From sequence record DRR723986_14697: a stretch of DNA of 40,991 nucleotides, one strand, 5' to 3'. This document shows positions 29,523 through 38,789 of this stretch, piece after piece. A program made the position numbers and the translations under genes. Positions within the stretch are counted from its first letter, which is position 1; the number at the start of each line of letters is the position of its first letter. The notes beneath the pieces were generated by a model. The model was not told the DNA's origin. It worked only from the letters and a program-made list of their open reading frames with translations, and made no database searches.

Positions 29523-31430
29523 ATGAAGAAAATCACTTTTGTATATGATCCGGAAATATCAAGCGAAAAACTCGATGAGTTGCTCGAAATGATGGATCCC
29601 AAACCTGATAAAAAACTTTCTTTGGATCAAGTGTCTATAGAAAACCTGGGACAAAATGAATGGTTTGCCTGTTCGCTTTCAGATATTCAACTTCACCAAC
29701 TACTCGATCAAGCAAAAGATAAAGAGATAAATGTTGCGCTCCTACCCCATCCTGAGATGGATCAGGCTAAAAAGGGATTTGGAATAAAAACCAGTTTTGA
29801 AACTGCCTGGCAGGAAATCCAAGAAGCTGATGAAATACCTGAAATAGATTTGATGCAGGTAAATGAGGAGTTGGCATTTAATTCTTTGGTGGTCGGCACA
29901 TCACTAGGCATTCTTTACTCCAATGGAGCAGCCAATTTCTTCGATGGTGTCAAGACAAGGTTCTCTCAACTACTTAACCTTTTTCGAAGAGTAAAACTCA
30001 AACCTTATACCATCACTTATAAAAATGGAGAGGAAGAAAGTAAAATTGACATAGCAGCAATGGGAGTTTTAGCTGTAGCCCATTGTGAAAGCAACTTGAT
30101 TTTTCGTCGTGTGATAGAACAATCCGGTTTGGACGATGGTAGAATCCACCTGTTGATATTGGCACCAAAAAGCATTTTCTCCTTAATTCAATTTGGATTG
30201 CAGAATCTTTTTTTCCCTATCAAGGGAGGAACGCTGCCAAGATTTGTAGGCTATATTTCCACCAGTGAAGCATGCATCACGTCCACTGAGACGATAAAGT
30301 TCGCCGTGGATGGAAAGGAAAAGGAGGAACAAGAAATAAAGATTTCCTTGACTGAAGAAAGGTTTAAAATTCTTCCGGGTGCAAGTATACAGGAAAAGGA
30401 AACTACAGAAGGCCCAAGATCCATCAATGTGTCAAGGCTTCCAACAGGACGATTAAAGGAAGAATTACTCCACTCTTATTTACCCTGGGTTCGCCATGCC
30501 ACGGCTGAGGAATTCAAAGATCTTTTTACGCTCTTAAGGACAAATTCTCAGACTTCGTCCACCTACTTAGTGCTGATGGCACTCTCTACAATGATCGCTT
30601 CTTTTGGACTTTTTGGCGATTCCGCCCCTGTGGTAATTGGTGCAATGATTTTGGCTCCACTCATGGGACCAATTATTTCCTTGGCCATGGGTATGCTTCG
30701 TCAAGATGGTTTATTGATCAAAAACAGCTTGATTACCATATTCTGGGGCTCAATAGTAGGCCTATTCTTTTCAATTATGATTTCTCTGATCACTCCTCTG
30801 GAAGTATTAAATGATCAAATTCTTGCCAGGATTCGACCTAATCTTCTTGATCTAGGTATTGCAATAGCATCTGGAATAGCAGGAGCATATGCTTACTCCA
30901 AGGAGGAAATATCTAAAACGCTCGCAGGAGTGGCAATTTCAGTTGCACTGGTTCCCCCGCTGGCTGTGGCTGGAATTGGAATTGGGTGGATGGATAAGGA
31001 AGTCTTTGGTGGAGCCATTCTTTTGCTGGGCACTAACCTAGCTGGCATCACTATGGCGGCAGCATTGACATTTCTGCTACTTGGATTTAGTCCTTTCAGG
31101 TTGGCAAAAAGAGGTCTATTGATAAGTCTGGGGATCTTGGCAGCAATAGCCTTACCGCTAGGACTGAGCTTTAATAAAATGGTAAATGAAACCTCGATCA
31201 TCCAAGATCTGAGTGGTAAGGAAATCCCACATGGATTGCTTCGTGAGGTAAAAGTTGTACAGATGGAACCTTTGAAGCTTTCCGTAACCATTCTTTCAGA
31301 AAACGCATTGGACGCAAATGATTTCAAAGAGATCAAAGCTGAAATTGAAGAAAAAATCGGAAGAACGGCATCAATTGAATTGACACTTGGAGTACAATTG
31401 GGTGAGCCTATTACAAAGGCGAAGGAGTAG
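29523..31430 (+). CDS. DUF389 (TIGR00341) membrane protein with N-terminal degenerate DAG-kinase/YegS-like domain
   Basis: C-half DSAPVVIGAMILAPLMGPI, PNLLDLGIA, GVAISVALVPPL. N-half IDLMQVN…FN…G, DDGRIHLL, FAVDG. Confidence 0.85.
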   Translation: MKKITFVYDPEISSEKLDELLEMMDPKPDKKLSLDQVSIENLGQNEWFACSLSDIQLHQLLDQAKDKEINVALLPHPEMDQAKKGFGIKTSFETAWQEIQEADEIPEIDLMQVNEELAFNSLVVGTSLGILYSNGAANFFDGVKTRFSQLLNLFRRVKLKPYTITYKNGEEESKIDIAAMGVLAVAHCESNLIFRRVIEQSGLDDGRIHLLILAPKSIFSLIQFGLQNLFFPIKGGTLPRFVGYISTSEACITSTETIKFAVDGKEKEEQEIKISLTEERFKILPGASIQEKETTEGPRSINVSRLPTGRLKEELLHSYLPWVRHATAEEFKDLFTLLRTNSQTSSTYLVLMALSTMIASFGLFGDSAPVVIGAMILAPLMGPIISLAMGMLRQDGLLIKNSLITIFWGSIVGLFFSIMISLITPLEVLNDQILARIRPNLLDLGIAIASGIAGAYAYSKEEISKTLAGVAISVALVPPLAVAGIGIGWMDKEVFGGAILLLGTNLAGITMAAALTFLLLGFSPFRLAKRGLLISLGILAAIALPLGLSFNKMVNETSIIQDLSGKEIPHGLLREVKVVQMEPLKLSVTILSENALDANDFKEIKAEIEEKIGRTASIELTLGVQLGEPITKAKE

Positions 31431-32166
31431 CAGTGATCAAGTCGCAGTACCAAAATCCATAGTTGGCGGGATCTTCTTTTTCCTTAGAAAAGCACTGGTC
31501 GGAATCATCTTCAATCTTTGGAGCTTCGTATTTTCTTAGCACCTTTTCACCAACCTCAAAATCGATGGGCTTACTGAAAATCGGCCCATCATACACAAAG
31601 GTATGGAATTCACCATTTTCACCGCAGGGATCCACATCAGAAGGAAGGTCTTTCAAAAAGTCCTCATCGATCACTCGCCCGACAAAACTTTTATCCAAAA
31701 ACTTCTCATTGACACAGGTAGTAATGGTTTTAAAACCCAGATCCAAAAATTCGCGAATTAAGTTCTCTGTAGAGTGTTTCCAAAGAGGAAAAACACCCTT
31801 CAAATCTAACTCAGCAAGTTTAGTCTCACGGTAAGTTCTCAAATCTTCTAGGAAGATATCTCCAAAAATTGAGGCAGTAATACCATCCCTTTTCAACTCA
31901 GAAAGCGTTTCTCTCATCGTCTTTTCATAGACTTCCATTGAAGGCATGTCGGGAATTTCCATTTTCACCAAGGGAATCCCTATGCTTTTTGCCTGCATTT
32001 CTAGCAATTCAGATCGAACACCATGCATTGAGATTCGCTGATATTTTTGACTGATACAAGTTAGCAAACATGCAATTTCAAACTCCTGAGATTGTTGTAA
32101 TTTAAATAATGCAAGTGAAGAATCTTTGCCCCCACTCCAATTGAAAAGTGCTTTCTCTTTATTCAA
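31411..32166 (-). CDS. Diphthine-ammonia ligase-like PP-loop ATPase (Dph6/DUF71 family)
   Basis: WSGGKDS, SMHGVR, FGDIFL, FPLW, DPCGENGEFHTFVYDGPIF. Start reassigned to TTG at 32166, just after a TACTTTTG -7 element. Confidence 0.9.
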   Translation of the reverse strand: MNKEKALFNWSGGKDSSLALFKLQQSQEFEIACLLTCISQKYQRISMHGVRSELLEMQAKSIGIPLVKMEIPDMPSMEVYEKTMRETLSELKRDGITASIFGDIFLEDLRTYRETKLAELDLKGVFPLWKHSTENLIREFLDLGFKTITTCVNEKFLDKSFVGRVIDEDFLKDLPSDVDPCGENGEFHTFVYDGPIFSKPIDFEVGEKVLRKYEAPKIEDDSDQCFSKEKEDPANYGFWYCDLITATPSPL

Positions 32167-32230
32167 AACTTTACTTATTGATTTCCCAAAAGTAAACCCT
32201 GATACCCAGAAAATTTGGCCTACTGCAAAC

Positions 32231-32265
32231 AAAAAAACGGATATAAATTACTTTATACCCGTTTT
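32231..32265 (-). terminator. Intrinsic terminator after the M28 peptidase
   Basis: Minus strand AAAACGGGTATAAA-GTAA-TTTATATCCGTTTTTTT. Confidence 0.75.
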
Positions 32266-32287
32266 CGATGTGGTTGATAGTTATTCT

Positions 32288-33826
32288 TTATTCTACTTTC
32301 CTCAATTCTTTTCTCGGAATCATTTCATCTTTTTGAGCTGTATTATACACAAATGAAGCTATAACAACTGCCATTTGCTTCAAATCATCCAATTCCAATC
32401 TTTCAAATGTATCCATATTCGTGTGATGAGTACGAGTTCGGTATTCCACAGGATCTTGGATAAACTGAAATCCTGGAAGGCTTAATGCATCAAAGCTTTG
32501 GTGGTCAGTCCCACCCGTATTACTGATGGTGATCGTACGATCTTCCACGATATCATCTAAAGGCAAAAACCACTCATTGAAAATCGGCTCTGCTGCAGCA
32601 TTTCCCTGAAGGTAAATCCCACGAATTCTACCTGTTCCGTTATCAATATTGTAATACGCAGACAACTTTTCGTGCTCAGGTTTCAACTCCATTGTCTCAC
32701 GATCACCAAAATGTTTTGCCACATATCCTCTAGAGCCATGTAAACCTTGCTCTTCACCTCCCCAAAGGGCAATACGCACTGTTCGCTTTGGTTGAAGACC
32801 TGTAGCTTTCAATATTCTCACCGCTTCCATCATTACAATACATCCTGCAGCATTATCAGTCGCTCCGTTGGCTCCATGCCAAGAATCTAAGTGTCCACCA
32901 AGCATCACCACTTCTGACTTCAATGAAGGATCAGAACCTGGAATTTCTGCTATTACATTATACCCCTGAAGATCTTCTGTTCTAAAACGAGTTTTCACCT
33001 CTGCCTCTATCTCCACTTCTACCCCATTTTCACTTAATCTAGCCATCAAATTCACATTCTCAGGAGCAGTTTCCAATTCTGGAATTCCTTCTGGGGTGTC
33101 TTTAATATAACCTCTAGGGCTGCTTGTGAATAGCGTTCCATGACGCCCATTTACTCCTTTGATGATCAAAGCAGGACCTTCACTGGCAATGAACTCATTT
33201 ATTTTTTGTGAAAAAGCTCTAGCTGCTCTTAATTCAGCAATCATTTCTGGAGTATAACTACCATTTCCGCCACCTCTTGGCGCTGGATGCTCCATTCCAT
33301 GCAATTGTTCGGCTGTATATCGAACAGCATCAGGTTCGTATGTAGGCTCTTGGGTTCCCGTTGGTTTAATTGCAACTATAGCACCTTTGAGTTTACCCTT
33401 ATATTTTGCAAAGTCCTCTTCAGTTTTGATGTCGAGAAAATAAACCTTGCCACTTACTTCTCCTTTTGTGCTTTCTGTCCAAGCTTTTGGAATTGCAATA
33501 AAAGGCATATAATAAGGCTTAGTCATCGCCACATAGCTCTTTTCCATTTCCCAGCCTCGACCAAATTCTCCCCAAGGTTCGGCGTTGGCATTTTGTAAAC
33601 CCCAGTCTGAAAGCTGCTGGATAGCATAATCCACAGCCCGCTCGTAACCTTCGGAATTACTCAACCTCGGGCCAGCCTTGTCCACTAACTGAAATGCGAT
33701 TTCCTCTACTTTTGAATTTTCTAAGCCTTCTTTTTTGATTTTTTCAATTGCCGCAAGGTCAACTTCCTGAGCAAAACTCATTCCGGCTAAAAGCAGGGCC
33801 GGCAGGATTAATAATTTTCTCTTCAT
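32288..33826 (-). CDS. Secreted M28-family Zn metallopeptidase (carboxypeptidase Q-like)
   Basis: Likely start MKRKLLILP (33826), signal ending SFA-Q. GPRL, GGHLDSW, GATDNAAG, GEEQGL, GGTDH, HHTNMD. Confidence 0.92.
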   Translation of the reverse strand: MKRKLLILPALLLAGMSFAQEVDLAAIEKIKKEGLENSKVEEIAFQLVDKAGPRLSNSEGYERAVDYAIQQLSDWGLQNANAEPWGEFGRGWEMEKSYVAMTKPYYMPFIAIPKAWTESTKGEVSGKVYFLDIKTEEDFAKYKGKLKGAIVAIKPTGTQEPTYEPDAVRYTAEQLHGMEHPAPRGGGNGSYTPEMIAELRAARAFSQKINEFIASEGPALIIKGVNGRHGTLFTSSPRGYIKDTPEGIPELETAPENVNLMARLSENGVEVEIEAEVKTRFRTEDLQGYNVIAEIPGSDPSLKSEVVMLGGHLDSWHGANGATDNAAGCIVMMEAVRILKATGLQPKRTVRIALWGGEEQGLHGSRGYVAKHFGDRETMELKPEHEKLSAYYNIDNGTGRIRGIYLQGNAAAEPIFNEWFLPLDDIVEDRTITISNTGGTDHQSFDALSLPGFQFIQDPVEYRTRTHHTNMDTFERLELDDLKQMAVVIASFVYNTAQKDEMIPRKELRKVE

Positions 33827-33962
33827 AATATTAGGGTTTGGTAATGGTGCTATTTGAATAAATTTTTGTCTAAAAATAAATTTCAGGGTTAAATTAAGCC
33901 AAAAATCAGGATCACAATAGCTATTCGTGTAAAAGTAGGTCACTCCTACAATAGGATGCAAA

Positions 33963-34412
33963 TCAGTCACCTGCAGGAAGCATATTCCGAATAGCGGAAA
34001 TTTTCCATTGCCCGGTCTCTGTCACCACGACAAAGGTGCTCCACATTTTTCTAACAGTCCCATCTCCATTTTTGATCTCATAGCGAGCATCAACTATGGC
34101 CGCATCAGGATCCAGAAAACGAATAGACTCTACCTTTAAGGTTCTATCACCAGGATTAGAGGTAGAACTCTCCATCATTCCTTGCACTGCTTCAGCGAGG
34201 CCCTTTCGCCAAACTCCAGAGGAAACCAGCTGATCTACATCTTCTATCAATATTTCCTTTAGCAACACCGTATCCTTGGTTACCCTTGCCGTAGAATACG
34301 AACTGATCAAATCAATGATTTCTTGAGATTCTCCTTTTGTGTCTATCGGGTTTTGGCAAAAAGCGAAAGAGTTGATTAGGAGGAGAAAAAATAGGAAAGC
34401 GAAGGTTTTCAT
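33963..34412 (-). CDS. Secreted NTF2-like (SnoaL/DUF4440, SgcJ/EcaC-like) protein
   Basis: Signal peptide; D…L…ED…G…G pattern, IRFLDPDAAIVD, WKISAIR terminal strand. Confidence 0.75.
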   Translation of the reverse strand: MKTFAFLFFLLLINSFAFCQNPIDTKGESQEIIDLISSYSTARVTKDTVLLKEILIEDVDQLVSSGVWRKGLAEAVQGMMESSTSNPGDRTLKVESIRFLDPDAAIVDARYEIKNGDGTVRKMWSTFVVVTETGQWKISAIRNMLPAGD

Positions 34413-34470
34413 TTGATGGAATGTTTAAGACAAATCAAATTAATCAATTATAGAAAACATAAGCAATTTG

Positions 34471-35220
34471 CTAAACTGCAAATATGCTTATAAAACTTTC
34501 ATACTCTTCTGCTGCTGGGTAATAGTAAACTGCAACGATGAGTTTAACAGCCCCATCTATTTTATCGGATTCTAGATAGTAATTTAGTTTCCATGTGGAT
34601 TGATAAAGCTCTTTCACTATTTCAACATCTAATTCATCACCAAACCCTTTAATTATTTCTACCTGAGATGGGTTAACCTGGTCGTCTAGCACTACTTCAA
34701 AAAGTGCAAAATTCTCTTTTAATACAATTCCATTTTTGCTTTTTAAAAACAAGGTGAAGTTTGGTGATATGTAGGGAATATAATGTGCTGTAATTGAATT
34801 ATCATACCTACTTAAAGCTCTAATAAATTCTAGATCTCTTTGTTTACTTCTATAATTAGTTTTAAAATTTATTTTATAATCACACATACCAAAGACATAC
34901 CTACCATCGTCCTTTGCATGAGCGGTAACTAATAAGTCAGATCCTTCGGGAAAAAACACAGAACAAGAGGTGCCAAATTTTTCATCGCTTCTACCATAAA
35001 CATAGATGAAATTTAGGTTTGGCCCTTTAAAATGCTCTACAACTTGCACATCTGCCCTGTATATTTGCTCTTTACCCTGATTGGGATAAACTTTTAAGAT
35101 CTTAATCCTTCCCACAAAATCCGACCCGACAAAGCTATTAGTTGGTGTTGAAAATGAACAATCGCAGGCAAAAGCTTGATTACCAAAAACCAGAATAAGT
35201 AAAGTGAGTAGAAATTTCAT
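34471..35220 (-). CDS. Hypothetical secreted protein: TIMP/NTR-like N-domain plus TonB_C-like C-domain
   Basis: Signal …QAFA then CDC; SDFVGRIKI, VEHFKG, TSC, GMC. C-part FEVVLD…VEIIKGFGDELDVEIVKEL…W. Confidence 0.6.
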   Translation of the reverse strand: MKFLLTLLILVFGNQAFACDCSFSTPTNSFVGSDFVGRIKILKVYPNQGKEQIYRADVQVVEHFKGPNLNFIYVYGRSDEKFGTSCSVFFPEGSDLLVTAHAKDDGRYVFGMCDYKINFKTNYRSKQRDLEFIRALSRYDNSITAHYIPYISPNFTLFLKSKNGIVLKENFALFEVVLDDQVNPSQVEIIKGFGDELDVEIVKELYQSTWKLNYYLESDKIDGAVKLIVAVYYYPAAEEYESFISIFAV

Positions 35221-35366
35221 ATCTCCCTAAAATAGCAAAAGCTACTCAGCACTGAATAGCTTTAAGGTTTTTTAAGGAGGATATTTAAGTTTTCAAAAGT
35301 CCAACTTCCTGAGAGTCAAGACAACTGTGAACTTTGCGTAACCTTTGCGATCTCAGCGGTAATAAC

Positions 35367-35396
35367 AAAAAAAGCCACCCATTGCTGAGTGGCTTT
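35367..35396 (-). terminator. Intrinsic terminator after ferredoxin
   Basis: Minus strand AAAGCCACTCA-GCAA-TGGGTGGCTTTTTTT. Confidence 0.8.
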
Positions 35397-35420
35397 AAGA
35401 ATATTCAAAACAGTAATCGC

Positions 35421-35741
35421 TTACTGATCTTCTCCTCTTAGTTTGAGTACTGAACCTTCCAATACATCTCCAATCCGGATCTGGCAAGCCAAACGTGAAG
35501 TAGGAAAGTACTCTGGTAGGTTTTCCAACTGATCCAATTCAGGATCCGTGGCCTGACCCAATTCATCCTTGCCTTCCAACACTTCGATGTGGCAGGTTCC
35601 ACATAGTGCCATACCTCCACAGGTAGCCAAAATCGGATATTCGTATGCTTTGAGAATTTCCATCAGATTGAAGCCCATATCATCTGGCGCTTCGCATTCT
35701 TGACGATTTCCTTCTTGATCTTCTACAGTGAAATTAACCAT
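35421..35741 (-). CDS. [2Fe-2S] ferredoxin (adrenodoxin/putidaredoxin type)
   Basis: CGGMALCGTCH…SRLACQ. Confidence 0.95.
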   Translation of the reverse strand: MVNFTVEDQEGNRQECEAPDDMGFNLMEILKAYEYPILATCGGMALCGTCHIEVLEGKDELGQATDPELDQLENLPEYFPTSRLACQIRIGDVLEGSVLKLRGEDQ

Positions 35742-35756
35742 GCTGCAAAAATAGTA

Positions 35757-36761
35757 TTAAAATGAATTTACACCATTAACGGTTGTGTATTTGAAGCTCA
35801 ATTTCTGATCAGGATACACATATTTGAAAGCAGAATGCATCATGATCGCCGCTTCGTGGAATCCACAAAGAATCAATTTCAGCTTTCCAGGATAAGTATT
35901 GATATCACCGATCGCATAGATTCGGTCAACTCCAGTAGAGTAATCTCGCGTATCTACTTCGATCGCATTTTTATCTATACTCAATCCCCAGTCAGCTATC
36001 GGCCCAAGCTTTGGACTCAAACCAAATAGTGGGATTAAATAATCAGTTTCAATCTTGATTTCTGCTTTGCTCTTATCGACAAAAGTGACAGATTCCAAGG
36101 TGCCATTCCCAGATACTTCTTTCAAATTGGATGAAAGAATCAAGTCAATTTTACCATTATTTGCCAGGTCAAATACCTTAGCAGCGGAATCAGGTGCCCC
36201 ACGGAAAGTCTCATTCCGGTGAACCAAGGTTACTCTTTTGGCAACTTTAGAAAGGAAGATAGTCCAATCCAAAGCAGAATCTCCGCCTCCGGCAAGAATT
36301 ACATTCTTATCGCGGAAAGTTTCAGGATTTTTCACCATGTAAGTAATTCCTTTTCCTTCGAAAAGCTCCAAGTTCTCTACTACTGGCTTTCTAGGCTCAA
36401 AACAACCCAAACCACCAGCAATCACAATCACCTGAGCATGAACTTTTGTTTTATCGCTAGTTGTCACGATAAAAGATCCATCTTCCTGCTTATCCAAGTG
36501 GTCAACTCGCTCTCCTAAGGTAAACGTCGGGGAGAAAGGCTTTGCCTGCTCCATCAGATTGTCCACCAAATCCTGTGCATTTACTTCCGGATATCCTGGA
36601 ATATCATAAATAGGCTTTTGCGGATAAATCTCCGAAAGCTGACCACCCACCTGAGGCAGGGCATCAATAAGATGACAACGCATTTTGAGCAAACCAGCTT
36701 CGAATACTGCAAATAGGCCTACTGGGCCGGCTCCGATAATACAAAGGTCTGTATGGATCAT
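35757..36761 (-). CDS. Thioredoxin-reductase-fold ferredoxin-NADP+ reductase (YumC/FNR type)
   Basis: GAGPVG, GGQLSEIYPQKPIYDIPG, GGGDSALDW, YPGKLKLILCGFHEA; no CxxC; adjacent to ferredoxin. Confidence 0.9.
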   Translation of the reverse strand: MIHTDLCIIGAGPVGLFAVFEAGLLKMRCHLIDALPQVGGQLSEIYPQKPIYDIPGYPEVNAQDLVDNLMEQAKPFSPTFTLGERVDHLDKQEDGSFIVTTSDKTKVHAQVIVIAGGLGCFEPRKPVVENLELFEGKGITYMVKNPETFRDKNVILAGGGDSALDWTIFLSKVAKRVTLVHRNETFRGAPDSAAKVFDLANNGKIDLILSSNLKEVSGNGTLESVTFVDKSKAEIKIETDYLIPLFGLSPKLGPIADWGLSIDKNAIEVDTRDYSTGVDRIYAIGDINTYPGKLKLILCGFHEAAIMMHSAFKYVYPDQKLSFKYTTVNGVNSF

Positions 36762-36819
36762 GATGTATGAAATTTGGGGTGCTTCCCCGGTTAAAAGTTT
36801 CCTTTTTCTTTAAACTTAC

Positions 36820-37269
36820 TTATTGACCAAGCGACTCACCATTGAGATTCTGATAAATCGTATTGAGAATCCGCTTAAACTCCTCGAAATCATGGGGACT
36901 TAAATTCTCCCATGCTTTCTCTCTAATCTGAAGAATCTCCGGCCGTAAAGAACTCACTTTCGAAACTCCGGTTTCCGTCAAATGCAACTGAAAACTACGA
37001 CGGTCCTGCGGATGTGGCACTCGCTCCACATACCCCTTTTTGCAAAGCAAATCGATAATACGTGTCAGCGTAGGATGATCTTTAAAGACCAAATTCGCCA
37101 ATTCTGTTTGACTTAAGAGGTCATTTTCAGATAGGTTTTTCAACACCAACCATTGATCAACAGTCACATCAAAATCTCCTGATTTGAACTGCTGCTGAGC
37201 ATATTGCTTCACTTTTCGGGCCGTACGGTCCAATAGAAATGAATACTTAGAATATTGCTCTTGTGTCAT
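36820..37269 (-). CDS. MarR family transcriptional regulator
   Basis: Likely start MTQEQ (37269); TVDQWLVL, SQTELA, TLTRIIDLL…GYVER…DRR…LT. Confidence 0.93.
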   Translation of the reverse strand: MTQEQYSKYSFLLDRTARKVKQYAQQQFKSGDFDVTVDQWLVLKNLSENDLLSQTELANLVFKDHPTLTRIIDLLCKKGYVERVPHPQDRRSFQLHLTETGVSKVSSLRPEILQIREKAWENLSPHDFEEFKRILNTIYQNLNGESLGQ

Positions 37270-37286
37270 ACCAATAGTTAGTGTGA

Positions 37287-37294
37287 CAAATATA
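37287..37294 (-). promoter_or_regulatory. -7 promoter element for marR-fnr-fdx
   Basis: Minus strand TATATTTG, 17 nt upstream of the reassigned ATG. Confidence 0.55.
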
Positions 37295-37356
37295 TAAAAA
37301 ATATAATCGGGCAATACAATTCTCTATTATTTTTATAGGGTTTATAGGTTTTAGTA

Positions 37357-37416
37357 TTGGAAGATTGAAAAATTGGAAAATTTGAAAATTGAGACTTGCA
37401 TTTGAAAATTGAAAAT
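37357..37416 (+). repeat. Degenerate 7-8-nt tandem repeat (TTGAAAA-like)
   Basis: ttggaaga ttgaaaaa ttggaaaa tttgaaaa ttgagact…ttgaaaa ttgaaaa, immediately past the rarA stop. Confidence 0.6.
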
Positions 37417-37418
37417 TC

Positions 37419-38681
37419 TCAATACCCATATTTCCCTTGCCACTTCGAGCTAAGGTATCTTCTCAGCTCATTTTCCCGAGCATTTTCTCCTGGATCATAC
37501 AGTTTCAACCCTTTGATTTCATCTGGCAAAAACTCTTGATTCACAAAGTTCCCAGGGAAGTCATGGGAATACTTATAGGCTTTTCCATAGTTCAAATCCT
37601 TCATGAGTTTGGTTGGAGCATTTCGCAAATGAAGTGGTACAGAAAGATCGCCCTTCTCTCTTACCAACGCCTGGGCTTGATTGATAGCCATGTAAGCAGC
37701 ATTGCTTTTCTGCGAGCTCGCCAAATAAGCAACGCACTGGGAAAGGATAATTCTGGACTCTGGATAGCCGATAATCTTAACCGCCTCGAAGCAATTTGTA
37801 GCCAAAAGCAAGGCATTTGGATTGGCATTCCCTATATCTTCTGAAGCCAAAATCACCAATCTTCGAGCTATAAATTTCACGTCCTCTCCTCCTTCGATCA
37901 TCCTTGCTAACCAATAAACCGCTGCATTCGGATCAGACCCACGGATGGATTTGATAAAAGCAGAAATAATATCATAATGCTGCTCTCCCGATTTATCGTA
38001 AAGTGCCACTTTTTGTTGCGCGATCTGCATCACTTTTTCATCGGTAATCACACAGGGATCTTCATTTATCCCATCAATTACTATTTCCAACAGGTTCAAT
38101 AACTTTCGCCCATCTCCTCCTGAAATACGAAGGAGCGCATCGGTTTCCTTCAGTTCTACTTTGATTTTCTTCAACTCAATATCCTGCTCTAATGCCTGAT
38201 GGATCATCGCTTCGAGTTCTGGTTTACCCAGTGAATTCAAAGTAAAAACCTGACATCTTGATAGTAGTGCTGCATTTACTTCGAAAGATGGATTTTCTGT
38301 TGTAGCACCTATTAATCGAATTACACCCTTTTCCACAGCTCCCAAAAGCGCATCTTGTTGGGACTTATTAAAGCGATGAATTTCATCAATAAAGAGAACC
38401 ACTCCTTGTTGAAACTTTGCTTTTTCGATTACCTCACGAATGTCTTTTACCCCAGAACTTATAGCACTTAGCGTGTAGAAAGGCGCTTTTATTTCATTTG
38501 CTATGATATTGGCAATGGTAGTTTTCCCAACACCCGGCGGGCCCCAAAGGATCAAAGAAGGCACATTTCCGGATTTGATCGCTTTAAATAAAAATGACTT
38601 GGGAGAGGACAAATGCTCCTGTCCGATTAGATCCTCCAATCGGGTTGGTCGCATACGTTCTGCAAGAGGGGTGTTATTCAT
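37419..38681 (-). CDS. rarA: Replication-associated recombination protein A (RarA/MgsA)
   Basis: [54 protein letters not shown]. Confidence 0.97.
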   Translation of the reverse strand: MNNTPLAERMRPTRLEDLIGQEHLSSPKSFLFKAIKSGNVPSLILWGPPGVGKTTIANIIANEIKAPFYTLSAISSGVKDIREVIEKAKFQQGVVLFIDEIHRFNKSQQDALLGAVEKGVIRLIGATTENPSFEVNAALLSRCQVFTLNSLGKPELEAMIHQALEQDIELKKIKVELKETDALLRISGGDGRKLLNLLEIVIDGINEDPCVITDEKVMQIAQQKVALYDKSGEQHYDIISAFIKSIRGSDPNAAVYWLARMIEGGEDVKFIARRLVILASEDIGNANPNALLLATNCFEAVKIIGYPESRIILSQCVAYLASSQKSNAAYMAINQAQALVREKGDLSVPLHLRNAPTKLMKDLNYGKAYKYSHDFPGNFVNQEFLPDEIKGLKLYDPGENARENELRRYLSSKWQGKYGY

Positions 38682-38716
38682 TTAGTAGCTGGTCTTAGGA
38701 ATGCAAGATACTAGAC

Positions 38717-38745
38717 AAAAAAGAAAGGCCCGTGAAGGCCTTTCT
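38717..38745 (-). terminator. Intrinsic terminator after the T9SS cargo gene
   Basis: Minus strand AGAAAGGCC-TTCACG-GGCCTTTCTTTTTT. Confidence 0.8.
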
Positions 38746-38789
38746 AATTTTACGACAAACATTGTCGAGTTACTCTTTGACTAGTGGAC

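Noticed and set aside
30893..31453. 186-aa antisense ORF, and similar shadow ORFs such as 4415..4876, 7351..7794 and 37437..37844
   Set aside because: They lie opposite well-supported genes, have no recognisable motifs and are explained by codon bias on the coding strand
33935..33949. GTAGG-TCACT-CCTAC mini-palindrome as a REP element
   Set aside because: Single 5-bp stem with no second copy or RAYT transposase in the window
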